DNA of 64,000 nt from an uncultured Chloroflexia bacterium (GTDB taxonomy: Bacteria; Chloroflexota; Limnocylindria; Limnocylindrales; CSP1-4). The position numbers and the translations under genes are program-made. Location: positions 75-64,074 of the forward strand of contig CAVPHR010000006.1 in the NCBI GenBank assembly GCA_963704775.1, in the 5' to 3' direction. Every line of letters starts with the position of its first letter. The stretch's first letter is position 1. Of the stretch, positions 58,701-64,000 are shown piece by piece. The notes below the pieces were generated by a model that did not search any database, was not told the origin of the DNA, and saw only the letters and a program-made list of their open reading frames with translations.

Positions 58701-59065
58701 CCGACGTACTTGCTGTAGGCCTTGACCGCGGCGGAGTCGCTGTCGAGGGCCTTCCCGGTCACCCGCGGGCTCGTGGGTGCCAGATCGGCGATGCCGCCCT
58801 CGTAGACCGCGACCGAGTCGACGTCGAGCTTGATCACGACGTTGACCATCGCGGAGTCCTTGCGGGCCAGGAGCTTGGCGTCCGTCTCGGCGAGTCGGCT
58901 CGTCGCGGACTTGGATCCGGTGACACGACCGTCAAGGGTCGGTTGTGCGCCCGAGGGCGCAAGGGTCGGCGGGTCGGCCGCCCAGGCAGGGGCTGCCATG
59001 GTGAGGATGACGAGCAGGGCAAAGGCCGTGGACAGCGTCGAACGCCGTCGGGTCGAGATGCGCAT
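55727..59065 (-). CDS. Secreted S8 (subtilisin-family) serine peptidase, about 1112 aa, with PA-domain insertion and long C-terminal extension including a NIDO-like domain
   Basis: Signal peptide MRISTRRRSTLSTAFALLVILTMAAPAWA. Catalytic motifs DLDTGVWPEHPSF (Asp), HGTHTTSTAAGN (His), GTSMSGPHVAGA (Ser). GGAGA RBS. The upstream 103 aa of the track ORF were rejected. Confidence 0.9.
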   Translation of the reverse strand: MRISTRRRSTLSTAFALLVILTMAAPAWAADPPTLAPSGAQPTLDGRVTGSKSATSRLAETDAKLLARKDSAMVNVVIKLDVDSVAVYEGGIADLAPTSPRVTGKALDSDSAAVKAYSKYVGSRQDAFSAAVRKAVPSAKLGTRLDTVYGGVAARIPASAVEKVLAIKGVVAVQYDTLAHPLTDSSPSFVDADPVYAALGGTPTAGKGIIFGDLDTGVWPEHPSFADLGNLPAPPPKADATPRACNFGDNPLTPATDVFVCNNKLIGGQPFLATYLSDPGRASGETFHTARDSNGHGTHTTSTAAGNVVASAPIFGVERGPIHGMAPGAYVIEYKVCGVEGCFGSDSAAAVGQAILDGVKVINFSISGGTDPMTDPVELAFLDAYAAGVSVAASAGNEGPGASTANHLSPWVTTVAASTQRREFASTLSLNASNGDTASLVGASITQAAGPLPVVLSSAAPYSRPLCDAAPPAGLFTGKIVACQRGGNARVEKGFNVLQGGAAGMILYNPALADVETDNHWLPTVHLADGTSFLAFVNGHTGVTASFTAGTKQNGVADVMAAFSSRGPAGNFIKPDVTAPGVQILAGHTPVREDVLGGPPGEMFQAIAGTSMSGPHVAGASILVRASHPSWTPGQVKSALMLTAITNVKKEDLTTPADPFDFGSGRIDVAAAVASPLVLDESAADFALLTADELNAIHLNIASVNAPVMPGRITTTRTVTNTTGTKQKFEASTTSPAGSKISVSPTKFELKAGASKTLKVTIESDAPLGDQQFGAIKIVAKKGSSIPLGWRLHLPVAFIHTQGDVSLAQSCAPGTIKQGETTVCTVAATNHTFADAAVDLTTKTDGHLKILSATGATQQGSHKVTASGNLSGAAPGVPTTAPGELFGYLPLDAFGITPTAIGDEQILNFNVPAFVFNGVEYTQIGVDSNGYAVAGGGTSEDNNCCNLTQIGDPARPNNLLAPFWTDLDGTGAPGIYAGTLTDGVNTWLVIEWRVNVFGTSSLRVFQTWIGVDGTQDITFAYDPGALPAAPAGQDLLVGAENDIGQGVGLPTNTVPTVDLRVTSTAPTPGATLTYSFTAKGADRGTGPVVTEMTASTVSGVTIVKTNVVVTKK

Positions 59066-59433
59066 GCGTTCTCCAGTCGTGGGGTGGGCAGGGGCGGCCG
59101 ACGTTGGCCGCCGGTGGCACGAGCGGGAGGCCCCCTGGTCTCCGTGGTCGCCCCGGCCTTCCTCCCAAGGCCTGGGGATCTGACGGTGCGCGGCTCTGTC
59201 TGTGCGCAGAAATGTAGGCAACGCCCGTTTCCGCGTTCTGTCCGATTCGCACGCTTCTGGCCCTGAACCGCGGATTTGTTGACGGCTGGCAACACCATTC
59301 GTCCGCGGCGGGCTCGGTTGCGGGACTCTCGACCCCGCGCGTACCATCGGTCGCGATGACCCACCCGCCTGCACGGCGCGCCGACGAACAGCCGCGGCCG
59401 CCGCTCGACAGGCTCCCCGAGGCTTCCTGACCC

Positions 59434-60876
59434 ATGGCCGTCGGCTCTTCCAACGACTTCGACCTCGTCGTGCTCGGCGCGGGCACAGGCGGCTACACCG
59501 CGGCCTTTCGGGCGGCCCAGCTCGGGCTCAAGGTGGCCCTCGTGGACGAGGACAAGATCGGCGGGACCTGCCTCCATCGAGGCTGCATCCCGACCAAGGC
59601 GCTGCTCGAGTCGGCCGCCTTCGTCGAGCGTGTCCGCCACGCCAAGGAGTACGGCCTGGTCCTGCCCGGCGAGGCCGTCGTCGACTATGCGGCGATGGCC
59701 GCCCGGCGAGACGCGGTCGTGAAGCGGCTGTGGACCGGACTCAAGACGCTCATCGACAAGAACAAGGTCACCTGGATCCCCGGCCGCGGCCGGCTCGACG
59801 GCCCCCAGAAGATCCGCGTCAGCCAGCCCGGGGAGGACGGCACGCCGGGCAAGGGCGGCGAGCGGATCCTCCAGGCGACCGACGTCATCCTCGCGACCGG
59901 CTCGCGGGTCAAGTCGCTGCCGGGCCTGACGCCCGACGGCAAGCGGATCGTGACCAGCGACGACGTGCTCAGGATGGATTCGCTGCCGAAGGACATCGTC
60001 ATCGTCGGCGCCGGCGCGGTCGGCGTCGAGTTCGCCTCGATGTTCCAGGACGTCGGCGTCAAGGTCACGCTCCTCGAGTACCTGCCGCAGATCGTGCCGC
60101 TCGAGGACGGCGAGGTCAGCAAGGTCGTGGAGCGGAGCTTCACCAAGCGCGGCATGACCGTGATGACCAACGCCCGCTTCGACGCCAAGGCGGTCACCAC
60201 CGACAAGGACGGCATCTGCGTGATGGTCGGGCCGGAGGGCAAGGAGCCCGCCGAACTGCGGGCCGAGCTGATGCTCGTCGCGACCGGCCGGGCCGCCAAC
60301 ATCGAGGACATCGGGCTCGAGACCACGAAGGTCGAGACCGATCGCGGGATCATCAAGGTCAACGGCCACATGCGCACGAAGGAGCCGCACGTCTACGCGA
60401 TCGGCGACATCGTCGGTGGCCTGTGGCTGGCCCATACCGCCGGCCACGAGGGCATCACCGCGGCCCACACGATCGCCGGCGAGGCCGACGTCCACGAGAT
60501 GGACTACGACAGCCAGCCGCGCGCGACCTACTGCCGGCCCGAGATCGCCTCGATCGGGCTGACCGAGGAGCAGGTCAAGGCGGCCGGTCGCGAGTACAAG
60601 GTCGGCAAGGTCCCGTTCCAGGCGATCGCCAAGGCCCTCATCGGCGGGGAGTACGAGGGCTTCGCCAAGGTCATCGCCGACACGGCGACGGGCGACACCA
60701 TCGGCGTCCACATCGTCGGGCCCCATGCGACCGACCTCATCGCCGAGGCCAGCCTGGGCATCTCGCTCGAGGTCACGCCCTGGGAGATCGGGGCGGCCAC
60801 GCACGCGCATCCGACGCTGTCCGAGGTCCTCGGCGAGGCCGCGCTGGCGGTCGACGGGCGGTCCATCAACTTCTAG
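59434..60876 (+). CDS. lpd: Dihydrolipoyl dehydrogenase (E3)
   Basis: DLVVLGAGTGGYTAAFRAAQLGLKVALVDEDKIGGTCLHRGCIPTKALL (FAD fold plus redox disulfide), C-terminal HAHPTLSE. Confidence 0.92.
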   Translation: MAVGSSNDFDLVVLGAGTGGYTAAFRAAQLGLKVALVDEDKIGGTCLHRGCIPTKALLESAAFVERVRHAKEYGLVLPGEAVVDYAAMAARRDAVVKRLWTGLKTLIDKNKVTWIPGRGRLDGPQKIRVSQPGEDGTPGKGGERILQATDVILATGSRVKSLPGLTPDGKRIVTSDDVLRMDSLPKDIVIVGAGAVGVEFASMFQDVGVKVTLLEYLPQIVPLEDGEVSKVVERSFTKRGMTVMTNARFDAKAVTTDKDGICVMVGPEGKEPAELRAELMLVATGRAANIEDIGLETTKVETDRGIIKVNGHMRTKEPHVYAIGDIVGGLWLAHTAGHEGITAAHTIAGEADVHEMDYDSQPRATYCRPEIASIGLTEEQVKAAGREYKVGKVPFQAIAKALIGGEYEGFAKVIADTATGDTIGVHIVGPHATDLIAEASLGISLEVTPWEIGAATHAHPTLSEVLGEAALAVDGRSINF

Positions 60877-60912
60877 GCGGATCCACCGCTAGCGGAGGGC
60901 CCCGATCGCGCG

Positions 60913-61929
60913 ATGACGGTGAGCAAGGGGAGCACTGCACTCGCCGCATCTGTCGGCCTGACCGACGACGACCTCGTCGAGATGTACCGCCTGGTCGCGC
61001 TCGCACGGGCCGTCGACGAGCGGATGTGGATCCTCAACCGGGCTGGCCGGATCCCGTTCGTCATCAGCGGGCAGGGCCACGAGGGCGCCCAGGTCGGGAT
61101 CGCCTGGGCGTTCGAGAAGGGCCATGACTGGATCGCGCCCTTCTACCGCTCGATCGCGACCTGCCTGACGTTCGGGATGAGCGCCCGCGACATCATGACC
61201 GCCCAGTACGCCACCGCCGGCGACCCGTCGTCCGGCGGTCGCCAGATGCCGGGGCACTACGGCAGCCACGAGCACAACCTGGTCTCGGTGTCCTCGCCGG
61301 TGGCGACGCAGCTCCTGCACGCCGTGGGGATCGCCCTCGCGGCCAAGATCCGCAAGACCGGCCAAGTCGCGATGACCAGCATGGGCGAGGGCTCCTCGAA
61401 CCAGGGCGACGTCCACGAGGGGCTCAACTTCGCGGCGATCCACAAGCTGCCGTTCGTCTTTGTCGTCGAGAACAACGGCTACGCGATCAGCGTGCCTGCT
61501 GCGATGCAGGTGTCCGTGCCGAACGTCGCGGACCGGGCGCCCGGCTACGGGATCCCGGGCGTCGTCGTCGACGGCGGCGACGTGCTTGCCTGCTACGCGG
61601 CGGCGCGGGATGCGGTCGCACTGGCGCGCTCCGGTGGCGGGCCGACCCTCATCGAGGCGAAGGTCATGCGGCTGACGGCCCACTCGTCGGACGACCAGCA
61701 GACGAAGTACCGCTCCGAGGACGAGCTTACCGCCGAGCGCGGCCGCGATCCGCTGCCGCTGTTCCGCGGCCAGCTTCGCGAGGCGGGCGTGCTGACCGAC
61801 GAGATCGAGGCGCGCCTGACCGCCGAGATCACCGCAGCGGTCGACGACGCGACCGAGTACGCCGAGTCGCAGCCGGACCCGGACCCGGCGACCGCCTTGC
61901 GCTACGTTTACGCCGAGGACGTCGACTGA
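60913..61929 (+). CDS. 2-oxoacid (branched-chain/pyruvate-type) dehydrogenase E1 alpha subunit, TPP-dependent
   Basis: [39 protein letters not shown]..., TPP motif [45 protein letters not shown]. Confidence 0.9.
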   Translation: MTVSKGSTALAASVGLTDDDLVEMYRLVALARAVDERMWILNRAGRIPFVISGQGHEGAQVGIAWAFEKGHDWIAPFYRSIATCLTFGMSARDIMTAQYATAGDPSSGGRQMPGHYGSHEHNLVSVSSPVATQLLHAVGIALAAKIRKTGQVAMTSMGEGSSNQGDVHEGLNFAAIHKLPFVFVVENNGYAISVPAAMQVSVPNVADRAPGYGIPGVVVDGGDVLACYAAARDAVALARSGGGPTLIEAKVMRLTAHSSDDQQTKYRSEDELTAERGRDPLPLFRGQLREAGVLTDEIEARLTAEITAAVDDATEYAESQPDPDPATALRYVYAEDVD

Positions 61930-62913
61930 TGCCGGCGATGACGTTCATCGAGGCGATCCGCGCAGACGCTGGCCGACGAGATGCGCCGCGACGAGTCGGT
62001 CATCGTGCTCGGCGAGGACGTCGGGAAGAAGGGCGGCGTCTTCCTGGCCACCGACGGGCTGTGGGGCGAGTTCGGCGACGAGCGCGTGATCGACACGCCG
62101 CTGACCGAGTCGATGATCGTCGGCGCCTCGATCGGCGCGGCGGTCAACGGCCTCCGGCCCGTCGCCGAGATCCAGTTCGCCGACTTCATCTTCCCGGCGT
62201 TCAACCAGCTCGTGTCCGAAGCGGCCCGGATGCGCTACCGCTCGAACAACGGCTACGCGGTCCCGATGACGATCCGGGCACCCTACGGCGGCGGCGTCCA
62301 CGGCGCGCTGTATCACTCGCAGAGCGTCGAGGCGTTCTTCACCCACGTGCCGGGTCTCAAGGTCGTCATCCCGTCGACCCCGTACGACGCGCGCGGCCTG
62401 CTGCGCTCGTCCATCCGCGACGACGACCCGGTCCTCTTCTTCGAGCACAAGAAGATGTACCGATCGGTCCGCGGCGACGTCCCCGACACGGACTACGTCG
62501 TGCCGCTCGGCCGGGCCGCGGTCACCCATCCGGGCACGCAGATCACGGTCATCGCCTACGGCCTGATGGCGCACTACGCGCTCGAGGCCGCCGACCGCGT
62601 CGCCGACGACGGCATCAGCGTCGAGGTCATCGACCTGCGCACCCTGCGGCCGCTGGACAAGGAGACGGTGCTGGACTCGGTCAAGAAGACGGGCAAGTGC
62701 CTGGTCGTCTACGAGGACAACCGGTTCGGCGGGTACGGCGCCGAGGTGGCCGCGACCGTGGCCGAGGAGGCGTTCGACTACCTCGACGGCCCGGTCACGC
62801 GCATCGCCGGACCCGACGTGCCGGGCGTGCCCTACAACCACGCCCTCGAAGACTGGTTCATGCTCAGCCCGGAGAAGATCGCCGATGCCGTCCGCAAGCT
62901 CGCGGCGTACTGA
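61929..62913 (+). CDS. 2-oxoacid dehydrogenase E1 beta subunit, apparent frameshift at ~61962
   Basis: [11 protein letters not shown] lies in one frame. [54 protein letters not shown]... lies in the 61981 frame. A single extra nucleotide is needed to explain the split. Confidence 0.8.
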
Positions 62914-62925
62914 GGAGCGCCTCTG

Positions 62926-63408
62926 ATGCCCGACCTCGAGGCCGTTCACGACCTCCTGCGTGGGCTCCTCGAGCCGTATCGGGCCGAGCTCTCGGTGACG
63001 GCCGACGGACCAGGCGGCCTGACCCTCGAGGTGCCGGGTCTCGAAGGCAAGCCGTGGGGCTACGTGGCCGGGACCCGCCTCGGCAAGCGCTATGTGAGCT
63101 TCTACCTGATGCCGGTCTACGCGGAGCCGGCGCTCGCCAGGTCGATCTCCCCAGCCCTGGCCAAGCGGCGTCAGGGAAAGTCGTGCTTCAACTTCACGAC
63201 CGTGGACGAGGCCCTCTTCGCCGAGCTCGCCGACCTCGCGGCGCGGGGCATCCCGGGTTTCCGAGCAACCGCCGAGGCCGCTGGCGGCGACGCGTCCGTA
63301 ACGGCGCGATCGTCCTGCGACGGGCCCGGCTCGACCGGGTTGGCCGGATGGGGGACACTACGCGCGACATCAGGCAGACCGGAGGAAGAGCGAACGTGGC
63401 GAAGGTGA
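62926..63408 (+). CDS. Hypothetical protein (DUF1801/YdhG-like features) inserted between E1 beta and E2
   Basis: High-GC3 ORF: [38 protein letters not shown]...[54 protein letters not shown]. The C-terminal about 45 aa look non-conserved and overlap the E2 start. Confidence 0.45.
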   Translation: MPDLEAVHDLLRGLLEPYRAELSVTADGPGGLTLEVPGLEGKPWGYVAGTRLGKRYVSFYLMPVYAEPALARSISPALAKRRQGKSCFNFTTVDEALFAELADLAARGIPGFRATAEAAGGDASVTARSSCDGPGSTGLAGWGTLRATSGRPEEERTWRR

Positions 63409-64000
63409 CGATGCCCCAACTCGGCGAGAGCGTCGCCGAGGGGACGATCGGCAAATGGCTCAAGCAGGTCGGCGACCACGTCGACAAGTACGAGCCGCTC
63501 CTCGAGGTCATCACCGACAAGGTCAATGCCGAGGTCCCGTCGCCCTTCGAGGGCGTTCTCAAGGAGATCCTGGCCGAGGAGGGCGCGACCGTCCCCAACG
63601 ACGCCGAGATCGCGGTGATCGACACCGGCGACGAATCCGACGCCTCCGCCGCCGCACCGGCGACGACCTCGGCGCCTGCCCCGGCCGCCGAGTCCGCGAG
63701 CGGCCCGGCCGGCTCCGACGAGCGACCGGCCCCGGCGACGGCGCCCGAGGCCCCCGCCGCAGCCCCCGCCCCAGCAGCTCCCGTGGCCGCTCCGGCCGCC
63801 CCTGCCGCGGCCCCGGCAGCAGCGTCGCTCGCGCCTGCCGCGACGCTGGCCGCGACCGGTGACCCCGACGCGCGCATGACCCCTGCCGTTCGTCGCCTGC
63901 TGCGCGAGCACGGCCTGAGCCCCGAGCAGATCAAGGGCACGGGCGGCGGCAACCGGATCACCCGCGACGACGTACTCGCGGTGGTCGAGTCGATCCGGAC
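63396..64000 (+). CDS. Dihydrolipoamide acyltransferase (E2), N-terminal part (gene continues past the window)
   Basis: GGAGGAAGAG RBS then [61 protein letters not shown] (lipoyl domain, lipoyl-Lys in TDKV). Ala/Pro linker. Peripheral-subunit-binding domain [33 protein letters not shown]. Confidence 0.85.
   Translation, partial: MAKVTMPQLGESVAEGTIGKWLKQVGDHVDKYEPLLEVITDKVNAEVPSPFEGVLKEILAEEGATVPNDAEIAVIDTGDESDASAAAPATTSAPAPAAESASGPAGSDERPAPATAPEAPAAAPAPAAPVAAPAAPAAAPAAASLAPAATLAATGDPDARMTPAVRRLLREHGLSPEQIKGTGGGNRITRDDVLAVVESIR

Overview
High-GC bacterial chromosomal segment. Codon third positions are almost all G/C and there are many Arg/Pro-rich shadow ORFs. The gene families look Actinomycetota-like, but that is inference only. 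I support about 60 genes.

- **0.4-13.8 kb:** a GntR-linked sugar/sugar-acid locus. It holds a GH42 glycosidase, an aldo/keto reductase, a CUT2-type ABC importer, an L-fuconate-dehydratase-family enolase, KDPG aldolase, KDG kinase, two Zn-ADHs and a 2-hydroxyacid dehydrogenase.
- **13.8-20.8 kb:** the most unusual part. A mosaic island with no integrase is bracketed by a perfect 45-bp direct repeat of the 3' half of tRNA-Gln(CUG). It carries two quinone oxidoreductases, an orphan gene, a hydrolase stub, cydAB, a nested tRNA-Gly 3' fragment, and three diverged copies of a tRNA-adjacent module with phased TCAGGTGAAC motifs.
- **21-27 kb:** a LacI/GH51 arabinofuranosidase/ABC locus.
- **27-64 kb:** housekeeping and accessory genes.
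  - Regulators and secreted enzymes: a VanY-like peptidase, a large LAL/LuxR regulator, an ECF sigma factor, a large S8 subtilase.
  - Amino-acid, cofactor and lipid metabolism: metY-metX behind a terminator-containing leader, a TPP riboswitch driving ykoEDC, glpD, plsY.
  - Carbohydrate and redox enzymes: aldehyde dehydrogenase, maltokinase-like plus SIS genes, an LLM oxidoreductase.
  - Repair and small proteins: mutY, NAD(P)HX epimerase, DM13 proteins, a Gly/Tyr-rich zinc-ribbon protein.
  - A 2-oxoacid dehydrogenase operon (lpd, E1 alpha, E1 beta, E2).

Caveat: nine single-site frame disruptions interrupt eight otherwise intact genes, mostly at short C/G runs. They may be sequencing indels rather than true pseudogenes.

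No CRISPR array, rRNA, transposase or recombinase was found.
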